A DNA stretch of 64,000 bases from Polyangiaceae bacterium (GTDB lineage: Bacteria; Myxococcota_A; Polyangia; Polyangiales; Polyangiaceae): positions 32,001-96,000 of the forward strand of contig JBILLK010000015.1 in assembly GCA_044376115.1 (NCBI GenBank), written 5' to 3'. The translations under genes and the position numbers were made by a program. Each line of letters opens with the position of its first letter. Position 1 is the stretch's first letter. Positions 1 to 9,598 of the stretch are shown here, piece after piece. The notes below the pieces were generated by a model. It ran no database searches. It was not told the origin of the DNA and saw only the letters and a program-made list of their open reading frames with translations.

Positions 1-465
1 GGAGGCAATCTTGTCTTGAAGAAGCAACAGCCCATCAAGCACAGCCTCAGGTCGAGGTGGACATCCAGGCACGTAAACGTCGCAGGGCACCACTTTGTCG
101 ATGCCCGCAACCGTCGTGTAGTTGTCGTAGAAACCGCCGCACGAGGCGCACGTTCCAAACGCGAGCACCCACTTCGGATCGGCCATCTGTTCGTAGATGC
201 GGCGCAACGCAGGTGCCTGACGTTGGCTGATGGTACCCACGACCCACAGAAGGTCCGCCTGCCGCGGCGAGAAGCGCGGAGCTTCCGCGCCAAAGCGCGC
301 CATGTCGAAGCGCGGACTCGCCATCGACATGAACTCCATGCCACAGCAGGCTGTGACGAAGGGGTATTGGAAGAGGGAGTACTTTTGCGCCCAGTGGAGC
401 AAAGCCTCGAACTTCGTCGTTGCAAAGCCGCTCTCTGAGCCCTCAATAACGCGTGTTTCGCTCAC
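1..465 (-). CDS. nuoB: NADH-quinone oxidoreductase subunit B (3' end runs off the window)
   Basis: Not in the ORF track; manual translation gives VTACCGMEFMS...PRFSPRQADLL...IYEQMADPKWVLAFGTCASCGG...DVYVPGCPPRPEA. GTG start overlaps the nuoA stop (GTGA). Confidence 0.95.
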   Translation of the reverse strand, partial: MSETRVIEGSESGFATTKFEALLHWAQKYSLFQYPFVTACCGMEFMSMASPRFDMARFGAEAPRFSPRQADLLWVVGTISQRQAPALRRIYEQMADPKWVLAFGTCASCGGFYDNYTTVAGIDKVVPCDVYVPGCPPRPEAVLDGLLLLQDKIAS

Positions 466-821
466 CGCTCCCACTCCATGGCGCCTTTTTTCCACTCGTA
501 AACTAGCCCAACCACCAACAGCAGTAGGAAGGGTGCCATCGTGAAAAGACCGCTCCACCCCGACTCACGGACCGTGACGGCCCACGGGTAGAGCAACACA
601 ACCTCGACGTCGAGCACGACGAACAGAATCGCCGTCATATAGAATTTGACCGACAGCTTCACATGGCGTGCGCCATCGCTCTCGCTGCCACACTCGAACG
701 GCTCCATCTTTTCGGCCGAGGGAGGATTCTTCGGGCCGAGCAAAGAGGTAGCGGTGAACATCCCGGCAACAATGAGCGCCGCGATCAGGAACAACAAAAG
801 TAACGGTACGTAAGTTGCCAT
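462..821 (-). CDS. nuoA: NADH-quinone oxidoreductase subunit A
   Basis: Three TM helices with K-x-E-PFECG, KFYMTAILFVVLDVE and YEWKKGAMEW motifs; ATG 821 with a purine-rich RBS. Confidence 0.95.
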   Translation of the reverse strand: MATYVPLLLLFLIAALIVAGMFTATSLLGPKNPPSAEKMEPFECGSESDGARHVKLSVKFYMTAILFVVLDVEVVLLYPWAVTVRESGWSGLFTMAPFLLLLVVGLVYEWKKGAMEWER

Positions 822-994
822 GCGAGCTTCCTGGTGTGGAAGAAGGGCGCCGAGTGGGACAATACCCAAAAATTCGCTAGAAACCGGGCCTCAGCATGTA
901 GCCCCAGCGCTCGCTCAAGTCAATGTGGGCCTACAAACGCGAGAAGCCCCGCCAATGCAGAGCTTCTTGCGCAGGCCTTGCTTGAAGGAGGGAA

Positions 995-1657
995 CTAGAG
1001 GCCAACCTGAGCAAAGGTTACTGCCAGAAAGAACTCTGGGGTTTCGACGTCAATGCCACCACTCGTGCGTCCATAGAACCTAACGCCGGCAAAACCAGAT
1101 GTGATCCCCGCTGCGGCGGCCTCTTCAAGTACCTCTTGGCCATCGTCGCCAAGGGGCACGACTTGCACGAATATGCCGGTCTCACCGAGGGCCGGCGGAA
1201 CGCTGGCCGAGGCATTGTAGACGAAGGTCCGCTCCGAAACTCCGTTGTCTAGGCGAACGTCATACCCTGAGACGAAAATGTTCGACGTCTCGACGTCGTT
1301 GAAGTTCGCGTCGTTATTAAGTGAAGGCTCCATCGCGTTGACGAGGAGCACGCCAACGTACAGACCTTCATGGCAGGCGGTGGTGAACTCGCCTTCCACT
1401 TCGACTACCTCGCAGGCGAGCAATGGATCTGAGTCGGGGCAAGCGATGCTGAGATCGCTGCATCGGGCGTAACCAACGTTGACCGATGGAATGTAGAGGT
1501 CCTCGCACTCAAGTGTTCCATCCCCTTTCTTGATGCAGGTGCGGTCGACGTAAAAGCGCCCCTCGGCCTCGACGCACCCTGCAGCAGAGAATGAAATTGC
1601 ACCGCAGGCAACGAGGGCAGCTGGAACGAAATGACGCAATAGACCCGAGCGAGACAT
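995..1657 (-). CDS. Hypothetical Cys-containing lipoprotein
   Basis: 220 aa; N-terminal hydrophobic segment ending AAGC (lipobox-like); several Cys; beta-rich C-terminus. Confidence 0.6.
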   Translation of the reverse strand: MSRSGLLRHFVPAALVACGAISFSAAGCVEAEGRFYVDRTCIKKGDGTLECEDLYIPSVNVGYARCSDLSIACPDSDPLLACEVVEVEGEFTTACHEGLYVGVLLVNAMEPSLNNDANFNDVETSNIFVSGYDVRLDNGVSERTFVYNASASVPPALGETGIFVQVVPLGDDGQEVLEEAAAAGITSGFAGVRFYGRTSGGIDVETPEFFLAVTFAQVGL

Positions 1658-1773
1658 GGTTCCTCCAAAATCCTGAAGCGCGAAGCTCCACCATTGAACC
1701 AGTGAAGCGTGCAGGGCGCAAACTTTCGGCTAGTGCACGATTGCTGGAGGAGGCTCTGCTAAGGGCTACCACG

Positions 1774-3045
1774 ATGTCCCACCATCGGCTTAGTAAGGCC
1801 CGCGGCGCTCGCAAGATCCCCGTACGGTATGGGCGGACCACAGACTCTACTGAACTCGCTGAGGCGATTCGTGCACACAAGAAAGGGAACTACGAACAGG
1901 CGCTCCAGCTCTATGGGAGACTGCTAGCGGTTCACCCAGAGAACCTCGACGCGCAGATGAACCTCGCCGCATTGTTGGTCTTGTGCGGGGACTCGCACGG
2001 AGCTTCTGAGGCGTTTGCTAAGGCATCCAAGCTGAGCGGGACCAACGCGCGGGCTCATCGCGAACGAGGTTTTGGCTTGCTGGTCATTGGCCAAGCTGAG
2101 GAGGCTTTGCGAGCCCTTCGTGGCGCGCTCGAACTTGATCCGACCATGATGGGTGCTCGGTTAGCGCTTGTAGAGGAGCTGTTCGAGCAGGGGGAGCACG
2201 AGCAGGCAATCCGAGAAGCCGAGCACAGCGAGCAAATTCAACCACAAGCGGCTGGTACGCACTTTGTGCTGCACAAGGTGCTGTTCTCGATAGACCCGGC
2301 GCGCTCGAGAAACGCGCTCGAGCGCGCCGTTGAGCTCGACCCCGGGTGGGCGCACGCACGCTTCGCGTTGGCCTGCGGGTTGGCCTTCGAGGGCGCGGTC
2401 GAGCAGGCCGAGGCGACCCTTGCACAAGGGACCGTCGTTGCGACGCTAGGGGATATCGTGAACTACATCGCCGGAGCGAGCCGCCCCATCCGCGCCTTCG
2501 CGAGCCGCGCCGCTACGCTTCAATTCGCTTGTAGCCAGCGTGAGCTGGCAGGACCGTGCTTCGAGTTCGGCGTTCGACACGGGCTGAGCACGAGGCTACT
2601 GGCGGCGGCGTTGAACCAAGACCTGCACGCGTTCGATTCATTCGAGGGCCTGCCGGAGGCCTGGCAAGGTCTACCAAGATTTGCCTTCTCTACTGGTGGG
2701 GCGCCCCCGGACTTGCCACCGTCGGTTACCGTCCACAAAGGCTGGTTCAGCGAGACGCTCCCCCGTTTCCTGGAGCACGAGACGTCGCCTCCAAGCCTCA
2801 TTCACGTCGACTCGGACTTGTATTCGAGCGCCAAGACCGTCTTGGACGCCCTCGCCCCGCGGCTCGTAGCGGGAACGATCCTCGTGTTCGACGAGTACAT
2901 CGCCAACGCCTCATGGCGCGAGGACGAGTACCGCGCCTTTCAAGAGACGGTGCAAGTTCACGACCTGCAGTACAACTACCTCGCGCTCAACTGGTACACC
3001 GGCCAGGCGGTTATCCGCATCTCGTCAGGTGCTTCGGGAGAGTGA
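1774..3045 (+). CDS. TPR-repeat protein fused to a class I SAM-dependent methyltransferase (TylF/Methyltransf_24-like)
   Basis: TPR helices, then FEFGVxxG, HAFDSFEGLPE, KGWFSETLP, IHVDSDLYSS and GTILVFDEY. Start taken at ATG 1774 to avoid overlap with the divergent gene. Confidence 0.85.
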   Translation: MSHHRLSKARGARKIPVRYGRTTDSTELAEAIRAHKKGNYEQALQLYGRLLAVHPENLDAQMNLAALLVLCGDSHGASEAFAKASKLSGTNARAHRERGFGLLVIGQAEEALRALRGALELDPTMMGARLALVEELFEQGEHEQAIREAEHSEQIQPQAAGTHFVLHKVLFSIDPARSRNALERAVELDPGWAHARFALACGLAFEGAVEQAEATLAQGTVVATLGDIVNYIAGASRPIRAFASRAATLQFACSQRELAGPCFEFGVRHGLSTRLLAAALNQDLHAFDSFEGLPEAWQGLPRFAFSTGGAPPDLPPSVTVHKGWFSETLPRFLEHETSPPSLIHVDSDLYSSAKTVLDALAPRLVAGTILVFDEYIANASWREDEYRAFQETVQVHDLQYNYLALNWYTGQAVIRISSGASGE

Positions 3046-3159
3046 CCCGCGAGACCAAGCCCCGGACCGACGTTTGGACGTGACTCTTCATCAGTGACTT
3101 GACGGCTTCGCCCGACGAGGCGAAGGTCTTGCGTCCGTAAAGATGGGTACACCCAAATA

Positions 3160-3249
3160 GGAGGGGTGTCCGAGTGGTCTAAGGAACCGGTTTTGAAAAC
3201 CGGCGATGGGGTAACCCATCCAAGAGTTCGAATCTCTTCCCCTCCGCCA
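3160..3249 (+). tRNA. tRNA-Ser (anticodon TGA)
   Basis: Acceptor GGAGGGG/CCCCTCC, discriminator G plus encoded CCA; anticodon arm CCGGT-TT-TGA-AA-ACCGG; long variable arm GATGGG-GTAA-CCCATC; T arm AAGAG-TTCGAAT-CTCTT. Confidence 0.97.
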
Positions 3250-3452
3250 AAATCCGCGACCGCAACGCGCAATTTTTCGAGAGTCCTATAGTCGTTCGTG
3301 AGTCGCTCCAGAGCGACCAGGACCTCTCAGGTTGGCGGCTTTCGCGTGGGATTGTTGCATCGCGGTGCATCTCTCGACGTCACAACAGACGCTCGTCTGC
3401 TGCGGTTGCCCAAAAGCGACTTAGCTGCTAGGAATCTCATCCAAGATAACGG

Positions 3453-4040
3453 ATGGAAGCTGAATCCTGCGCCTCACGTGCTGTGTATCCGGTGTTTCTC
3501 CGGCTTGAAGGTGCACGGGTGGTGGTCGTGGGCGCTGGGCCGGTAGCGGCAAGCAAACTTGAGGGGTTGTTGAGTGCTGGCGCACGCGTCACGCTGGTTG
3601 CGCCGGACATTGATCCACGCTGCTTGATGGAGGGTGTGACCGTTGAGCAGCGCGCATACCAGCAAGGAGATCTCGCAGGCGCCCGATTTGTGGTTGCGGC
3701 GGCCCCAAAAGAGGTCAACCGGGCGGTCGCGACCGAGGCCAACTCGCTAGGCATTCCCGCGAACGTAGTGGACGATCTCGAGCTAGCGACTGCCTATCTC
3801 GGCGGCGTCGTTCGGCGTGGGGGCGTCACCTTTGCGATCTCGACGGGCGGTGCAGCGCCAGCACTGGCCGGTCTGCTCCGTGAAGCACTCGACCTTTTGC
3901 TTCCCGCCGACCTTGACGAGTGGATCCAACTCGCACGTCAGCAGCGTTCTCAGTGGAAGGACGCAGCGCTCGATCTAACGGCACGACGCGAAAAACTACG
4001 CCAGGCGTTGATTGCAACTGCACCGAAAGGCGACGTCTGA
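3453..4040 (+). CDS. Precorrin-2 dehydrogenase/sirohydrochlorin ferrochelatase (CysG N-terminal half, SirC/Met8-like)
   Basis: YPVFLRLEG..VVVVGAGPVA..K, NVVDD and AISTGG-x-AP motifs. Confidence 0.9.
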   Translation: MEAESCASRAVYPVFLRLEGARVVVVGAGPVAASKLEGLLSAGARVTLVAPDIDPRCLMEGVTVEQRAYQQGDLAGARFVVAAAPKEVNRAVATEANSLGIPANVVDDLELATAYLGGVVRRGGVTFAISTGGAAPALAGLLREALDLLLPADLDEWIQLARQQRSQWKDAALDLTARREKLRQALIATAPKGDV

Positions 4041-4792
4041 TGAGTACCGTTGTTGCCTTGGTGGGGGCTGGCCCAGGGGATCCGGAGTTGCTCACACGGC
4101 GCGCACTTGACCGCCTCTCCAAAGCCGATCTCGTGCTCAACGACGCACTCGTGCCCGAGGTGCTCTTGGAGTTGGCCCCCAAAGCACGACGGTTCTTCGT
4201 TGGAAAGCGCGCTGGCAGACACTCGCTTGAGCAAACCACCATTCATCGCATCATGATTCGAGCGGCCAAACGCGGTGAGCGCGTAGTGCGACTCAAGGCT
4301 GGGGACCCCTTCGTCTTCGGGCGAGGCGGTGAGGAGGCGATTGCGCTGCTTGCTGCCGGGTTGCAGTTTGAGGTCATCCCGGGAGTGAGCTCGGCTTTGG
4401 CCGGCCCTGCCCTCGCTGGGATCCCCGTGACCCATCGCGGGCTGGCCAGTGGTTTCGTCGTAGTGAGCGGACATGCACCAACTGCGTGGCAGCCCGTTCT
4501 TGCCGGATTGAGCGCGGCTAGTGTCACCATCGTCGTGCTCATGGGAATGGCCGCGCGCCAAGACATTGCTCACTTCCTAATGGAACGTGGCTTCTCAGCG
4601 ACAACCCCCGTAGCCATCGTTTGCTCCGCCTCGCAGCCTGAGCAAACGCGCTGGTTGGGTACGCTGAACTGTCTAGCCCACGCCGAGCTCGCACATCATG
4701 ATGGCCCGGGAGTGCTGGTCATTGGGCAAGTCGTAGAACTCGCAAAGACCCTAAGTCCTTGTGAGCCAATCACCTTGGCTGCATTGGGCTGA
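4040..4792 (+). CDS. cobA: Uroporphyrinogen-III C-methyltransferase
   Basis: LVGAGPGDPELLT, VGKRAG, VRLKAGDPFVFGRGGEE, IPGVSS and GIPVTHRG; TGATG coupling to the upstream gene. Confidence 0.95.
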   Translation: MSTVVALVGAGPGDPELLTRRALDRLSKADLVLNDALVPEVLLELAPKARRFFVGKRAGRHSLEQTTIHRIMIRAAKRGERVVRLKAGDPFVFGRGGEEAIALLAAGLQFEVIPGVSSALAGPALAGIPVTHRGLASGFVVVSGHAPTAWQPVLAGLSAASVTIVVLMGMAARQDIAHFLMERGFSATTPVAIVCSASQPEQTRWLGTLNCLAHAELAHHDGPGVLVIGQVVELAKTLSPCEPITLAALG

Positions 4793-4795
4793 CAC

Positions 4796-6934
4796 TCAAT
4801 CTTCTTCTTTCGCGGCTGGCTCAAGTTCCGCCACGATCGGCTCGATAGCGCGCCGCGAGGCGACCGGTACCACTTCGTTTGGAGCGTCGAGTAGCCGAAA
4901 GATCGCGATGCGGAAGGCCTCGGGCAACGCGTTCTCGAGGTACTCGAGTGCTAGCGGTCGCCGGGCAGCGTCGTTCTTTGACAACGCGTCAAAAGCAAGG
5001 TCGACGGGGCGTGCGGGCAATCGCAGGGTCAGCAGGTCGAACACGATCCGCAACTGCTCCATCGTTGAGGACACACCTTCACGCGCGAGCTCGCGCGCGA
5101 TGACTGAGTCGATCGCCTCAACAGCCGGACTAAGCTCTCGCTGCGCGAGTTTCCGCAATACTTTCGCAGCGCGACCGCGCAGCTCCTCGTCCTCATCGGA
5201 TAGGACCTCCATCAAGGTAGGGAGCACCCGCGGAGTCGTCGCCGAAGCCATCACCCCAATGATCCTCCGCCGCAGCGTTGTACGTAGAGCGCGGTCGAGC
5301 AGAAGGTCCGAAAGCGCACCAACGTGGCGATCGACCGTAGCCTCCAGAGTGCGCCTGGCTAGGCCGGCTAGTTGTTGATGATCGAGCAATTCGACCACCG
5401 CCGAGAGCGCGCTTCGGTCTTGTCCAGCCCAACGCGTGAGCGCGGCACGAACTCGTGTGCTGTCCGCATCCCGCAACTCCTCGAGCAGGCTTCGCTCCGC
5501 ACTTTCAAGCTTGATCACCGGTGCGGCGCGAAGCGTCCCGCTCGGAGCAATCGCTAGGCTGCCTCGTTCGGCCAACGCCATCCCGAAGGACGTTTTCGAG
5601 AGTCGCTCACGCGCTGCAGGGCTGGCCGCCGAAAGTGTGAGCTGCATCGTTTTTGCGGCGAGAACCTCCGAGAAGATGGCCGGCTCAAAATCCGTTTCAT
5701 TTTCCTCGGAGGCCTCGTGAAGTCGCGCCGTCACAGCGCCAAGATATCCGCGGCGCAAGCGCGGAATGAGCGCAACCGCGGCGAGGGCGAGCCCAGCGAT
5801 TCCGCCAGCTACTACTCGCGGTGAGTTCACGACCAGAATCAACGCCAAGAGCAGTACGGCCGCAGCTCCCTCCGCAACGCGGTCGAGCAGCGTATCAAAC
5901 ACCGCTCGCGTCCGCCGTTTATCGAGACTGGTGAGCGGAACGAACAGAAGCTCGTAGGCAGCCTTGTGGGCAGAATTCTTGAGCGCGGTCTCGCCGCCGC
6001 GCAGCACCGCCACCACGATCAGCAACGGGTAGAAAATGCTGAACGTTGCCACGACGACGAGGAAACAAGGCAGCACCGCGAGGGTCGCCGCAAGCCCTCG
6101 CCGCTCCAACATCGGCTGCGCGACGAGGAGCTGTGAGGCCAGGGTAACGCCCGCCACTACACCGTGAAACGTTACAAAGAACTGCGCCAGCCCACTTGCA
6201 TTTGAGTAGCGCGCTAGCGCAACGCCCTTGAGTGAATAGTCGGCGAACGCTCCGGCGATCGCGAGCAAGAACACAAACGCTGCAACGCCCGAGAGGTACT
6301 CCGACTTTGCAATGCCACGCACGCCAGCCCACAGCCCTGCGCCTTCAGTCGGCCCAGCAGGACGAGCAACGACGACCTGCGCGGATGGGCGCATCGTCCA
6401 CAAGAGTGCGCTGGTCACACAGTTGAGCACGGCGACCAACGGGAGCAGGGCGGACGGCCCGAGTGATGATAGAAGCACGCTCGAAAGCAGCGCCCCAGCG
6501 AGGCCCCCAACCGAGCTTGTTAGCGTCAACGACGGCAGCGCCAATCTTGCCGAACGGACGTCGGTGGACTCTGAGAACAGCGACCAAAACGCGCTCAGAA
6601 CCAGACTCGCACCGACGCCAAGGAGCAGATACAGCGCAGCCACCAGCGGCCGACTCTGGCTATCGCGAGCAAGGATTGCTGAGCCACCGAACAAGAGGGC
6701 GAAAAATGCCGGCAGCAACGGGCCTACCGTCGCGAGCGCGTAGCGCGCTACAAGACGCGTGTAGACGCTGACCAACAGGGCGCTGGCCAAACCCGTAGCA
6801 ATCAGTGCGTAGGGCAACCAATCAAGCGGAAAGACCGAGACGAACAACGTGTCCCGGGTGGCTTTCGCGACTGTAAGCGCTGCCACGCTCGTCGCCGCGG
6901 CCAGCATCGCGATCCGGAGCCCGCGAGCCTTCAC
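4796..6934 (-). CDS. Npt1/TLC-like (ATP/ADP antiporter-like MFS) membrane protein with C-terminal HEAT/ARM repeats
   Basis: About 12 TM segments with K-x-TRDxLF at the N-terminus and AYELLFVPL...KRRT..FD..DR; helical repeats at the C-terminus. Confidence 0.7.
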   Translation of the reverse strand: MKARGLRIAMLAAATSVAALTVAKATRDTLFVSVFPLDWLPYALIATGLASALLVSVYTRLVARYALATVGPLLPAFFALLFGGSAILARDSQSRPLVAALYLLLGVGASLVLSAFWSLFSESTDVRSARLALPSLTLTSSVGGLAGALLSSVLLSSLGPSALLPLVAVLNCVTSALLWTMRPSAQVVVARPAGPTEGAGLWAGVRGIAKSEYLSGVAAFVFLLAIAGAFADYSLKGVALARYSNASGLAQFFVTFHGVVAGVTLASQLLVAQPMLERRGLAATLAVLPCFLVVVATFSIFYPLLIVVAVLRGGETALKNSAHKAAYELLFVPLTSLDKRRTRAVFDTLLDRVAEGAAAVLLLALILVVNSPRVVAGGIAGLALAAVALIPRLRRGYLGAVTARLHEASEENETDFEPAIFSEVLAAKTMQLTLSAASPAARERLSKTSFGMALAERGSLAIAPSGTLRAAPVIKLESAERSLLEELRDADSTRVRAALTRWAGQDRSALSAVVELLDHQQLAGLARRTLEATVDRHVGALSDLLLDRALRTTLRRRIIGVMASATTPRVLPTLMEVLSDEDEELRGRAAKVLRKLAQRELSPAVEAIDSVIARELAREGVSSTMEQLRIVFDLLTLRLPARPVDLAFDALSKNDAARRPLALEYLENALPEAFRIAIFRLLDAPNEVVPVASRRAIEPIVAELEPAAKEED

Positions 6935-8223
6935 CAGAAGCCGTAACCAAAGTGCAAACGAATGGCCGGTTGCGCGGAAGCATCGGGCAGGATGTTGATC
7001 ACCAAAGGCGTTCCAAAACCGAACAAGAACCGACTGAGTTCGATATCCAGCTCTGGCTCCAGCGCGAGAAAGGCACCATAAGCCGTTGATCTCGCCTCTG
7101 GGAAATAGAGCAAAGCGGCGCCAAAGTGCAGCGACTGAACGAACCGAACGGCTGGCGTGTTGGTCATGAAACGAACCCCAGCTCCGACCTGGCTCGTAGA
7201 AAATGGCAGCTGCGAACTCAGATTGACGACCTGATTGTCTGGCGTTCGAGCGTTGTCGGCGTCTACGAAACCCTGGATATACCGGATGTCGATACCAACG
7301 CTGTTGGCTACCTGGTAGCCGCCGATAACGTCAAAGCCGCCGAAGGGAGCTGATTTTGCGCCGGCGAACGCGCCGAAGAGGCCACCAATCTCAGCGTAGA
7401 TTCCGCGAATCGGCGGTCGTTCGACCTCGTCTGGCCCGCGAGGCGTTCCGTCGCCTATTTGCACGAAGCCGTTGCCAGTGATGACGACCTTGGTCTCCGC
7501 CGCCGCAACGATTGGTACGCTCAGACTGTAGCGGTCACCATCTCGCTCAATCACCAGCAGGTGCGTTCCAGCCTCCAGCCGGCCTTGATAGCGCCCTTCG
7601 CCTTTTGCGACGCCGTCAATGGTCACGCTGACCTGCTCATCGGGAGCTTCCACCTTGAGCATCCCTGAGGTCGGGACCAACGTCAGGACAATCGACTTCT
7701 GCTCCCCGCTGGCGATACGCAAAGCTGCGCGGGCCTCGGCGTACCCTTCTGCGCGCGCCACGACGGTGTGGCTGCCTGGACTTACGCTGGTCTTTGCTTG
7801 CAGCGGCAGCTCGCCACCATCCAAGGTCAAACTGAATGGAACTCCGGCGGGCTCGACGCGGACAACCAGAACAGCGAGCAGCTCTCGCAACTCGCTGATT
7901 GCACGCTCGATCTTCTCTGGGGACTCAATTGAATCCCGGTGGTCTCGAAGTGCGCGCTCAAGATACTCAACCGCGCGCGGATACTCGAAGCGGCCCTTGT
8001 GGCAGAGCGCTAGGTTGATCAGTGGGCTAGCGACCTTCTTCTCGGCGTAGGCCAGCTCGAACTCAGTGAGAGCCGCATCGTAGTTGCGGTCCTCGAACAA
8101 CCTCACGCCCAGGTCCATGTGGCGCTCGTACGAACCTGGAGCGGACTCTTGTGCAGGCGCCAGACTCGGTAGCGCCAAAGCAAGCAGCAAGCCCGCTCTA
8201 CTTATGCTGGATCTGAAGATCAC
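6931..8223 (-). CDS. Exported TPR + PEGA-domain protein with C-terminal beta-barrel-like region
   Basis: GTG 8223 with AAAGGAG RBS; signal peptide; TPR (GVRLFEDRNYDAALTEFELAY); two PEGA-like repeats (LDG..PGxH); ends GYGFW. Confidence 0.8.
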   Translation of the reverse strand: MIFRSSISRAGLLLALALPSLAPAQESAPGSYERHMDLGVRLFEDRNYDAALTEFELAYAEKKVASPLINLALCHKGRFEYPRAVEYLERALRDHRDSIESPEKIERAISELRELLAVLVVRVEPAGVPFSLTLDGGELPLQAKTSVSPGSHTVVARAEGYAEARAALRIASGEQKSIVLTLVPTSGMLKVEAPDEQVSVTIDGVAKGEGRYQGRLEAGTHLLVIERDGDRYSLSVPIVAAAETKVVITGNGFVQIGDGTPRGPDEVERPPIRGIYAEIGGLFGAFAGAKSAPFGGFDVIGGYQVANSVGIDIRYIQGFVDADNARTPDNQVVNLSSQLPFSTSQVGAGVRFMTNTPAVRFVQSLHFGAALLYFPEARSTAYGAFLALEPELDIELSRFLFGFGTPLVINILPDASAQPAIRLHFGYGFW

Positions 8224-9574
8224 CCGCGACTCCTTTGGGAGCAGCCGTTGCGCTTGGAACCGCGGCGCTGACAACAGGTGCCGCTGAGGTAGCACTTGCC
8301 TTGACGGAAACACTCGGTCGAGGCGGTTCCTTGGCGGCTGGCACAGCCGCTGAGACAACAGCAGAGGCGTTCGTCGATACCGACGGACTTGCCCCTGGCA
8401 ACTCGACGCTGGGCTGCGCGGACACAGGCGCGACGACCGGCGTGGGCTTCGGAACTGAGGCTGCGCCAGCACCGACCTCGCTGGCGGCCGCACCGGTAGC
8501 GGAAGGCGTTGGTTGCTCATTGGGCGAGCCCATGCCCCAAACAACGAACGCGCCCGAACACACGAGCGCTCCCAACCCGATCGGCAGCGTGTACTTCGAG
8601 CGCGGCGCGCTGGTCGAAGCAGCAAGGTCCACGCGAGCAGGAGCCTCCAAGGTGGGCGTGAGCGCCATCGGGTTCACCGATTGAATCCGAACGGCTCCGC
8701 TTGATGCGGGACCATCCCCAAGCGCCGCCAAGACCTCCGCCGCGGAGGCAAATCGAGCGTCACGCTCACGCGCCAAACAGCGTTCCACAACCTCGACAAG
8801 CCGTGGCGAAGTGTTCGGTGCGAGCTCACGAATCGACCGCGGAGAGGTTGTGCAAATGCGAACGATGATCTGCTCGTAGGTGACACCCTCAAACGGTGGT
8901 CGCCCACCAAGGCACTCGTACAAGATGGCCCCCACCGACCAGAGGTCGCTCCGCGCATCCACAGCGGCCTCGCCCTGGGCCTGCTCGGGCGACATATAGC
9001 TCGGCGTTCCCAAGACCGTACCTTCACGAGTCAGCGTGGTTGTGGTCCGCGTGCGCTCAATCTTGCTGATGCCAAAGTCGAGGATCTTCGCAAAGGTTGG
9101 CTCGGGCTGACGGTCAACCAAGAAGATATTGTCGGGTTTGAGGTCGCGATGAACGATGCCCGCCTCGTGAGCGCGGGCCAAGCCGCGCAGTACCATCACC
9201 ATGATGCGTGTGGTTTCCTCTGAGGAAAGCCGCGGCTCGCGCTTGAGCAACGAAGCGAGCGACTCTCCGCGGAGCAGCTCCATCACGATGAATGGCACGC
9301 CGTCCTCGGTTATGCCGGAGTCGAAGATCTCGACGATGTGGGGGCTCTCCGCCGCACTTGCGGCTTGAGCCTCGCGCTGAAAACGAGCGACGGCATCGCG
9401 ATGCTTGGCCACCTCACTATCGAGCATCTTGAGCGCGACTCGCTTGCCGATGCTCGGGTTGATAGCCTCGTAGACGTTGCCCATCCCCCCGCGCCCCACG
9501 AGCCGAACCAGCTCGTACTTGCCAATGGCGCGGCCTGCCACATCCTCGGCATCATCGGTGGAGAGGTCAGACAT
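8198..9574 (-). CDS. Serine/threonine protein kinase (Hanks type), single TM
   Basis: GRGGMG, VALK, HRDLKPDN, DFG, GTPSYMSPEQ, DLWSVG; Pro/Ala-rich tail after the TM. Confidence 0.95.
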   Translation of the reverse strand: MSDLSTDDAEDVAGRAIGKYELVRLVGRGGMGNVYEAINPSIGKRVALKMLDSEVAKHRDAVARFQREAQAASAAESPHIVEIFDSGITEDGVPFIVMELLRGESLASLLKREPRLSSEETTRIMVMVLRGLARAHEAGIVHRDLKPDNIFLVDRQPEPTFAKILDFGISKIERTRTTTTLTREGTVLGTPSYMSPEQAQGEAAVDARSDLWSVGAILYECLGGRPPFEGVTYEQIIVRICTTSPRSIRELAPNTSPRLVEVVERCLARERDARFASAAEVLAALGDGPASSGAVRIQSVNPMALTPTLEAPARVDLAASTSAPRSKYTLPIGLGALVCSGAFVVWGMGSPNEQPTPSATGAAASEVGAGAASVPKPTPVVAPVSAQPSVELPGASPSVSTNASAVVSAAVPAAKEPPRPSVSVKASATSAAPVVSAAVPSATAAPKGVAGDLQIQHK

Positions 9575-9598
9575 CGAAGCCGAATGCTAGACTCGGGC

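Noticed and set aside
3160..3249. Could the long-variable-arm tRNA be tRNA-Sec (selC) supporting the UxxU gene?
   Set aside because: Anticodon is TGA (reads UCA, Ser), not TCA, and the acceptor stem is 7 bp. No sel genes are visible in this window.
3230..3460. tRNA-Ser as an integration site for an island/prophage
   Set aside because: No integrase nearby, flanking genes are housekeeping, and I saw no duplicate of the tRNA 3' end by eye.
8224..8625. Long N-terminal extensions in the ORF track (PEGA gene, ABC1 kinase, tag, copZ, HU)
   Set aside because: Mostly overlap neighbouring genes; downstream starts with RBS and/or family-typical N-termini fit better.
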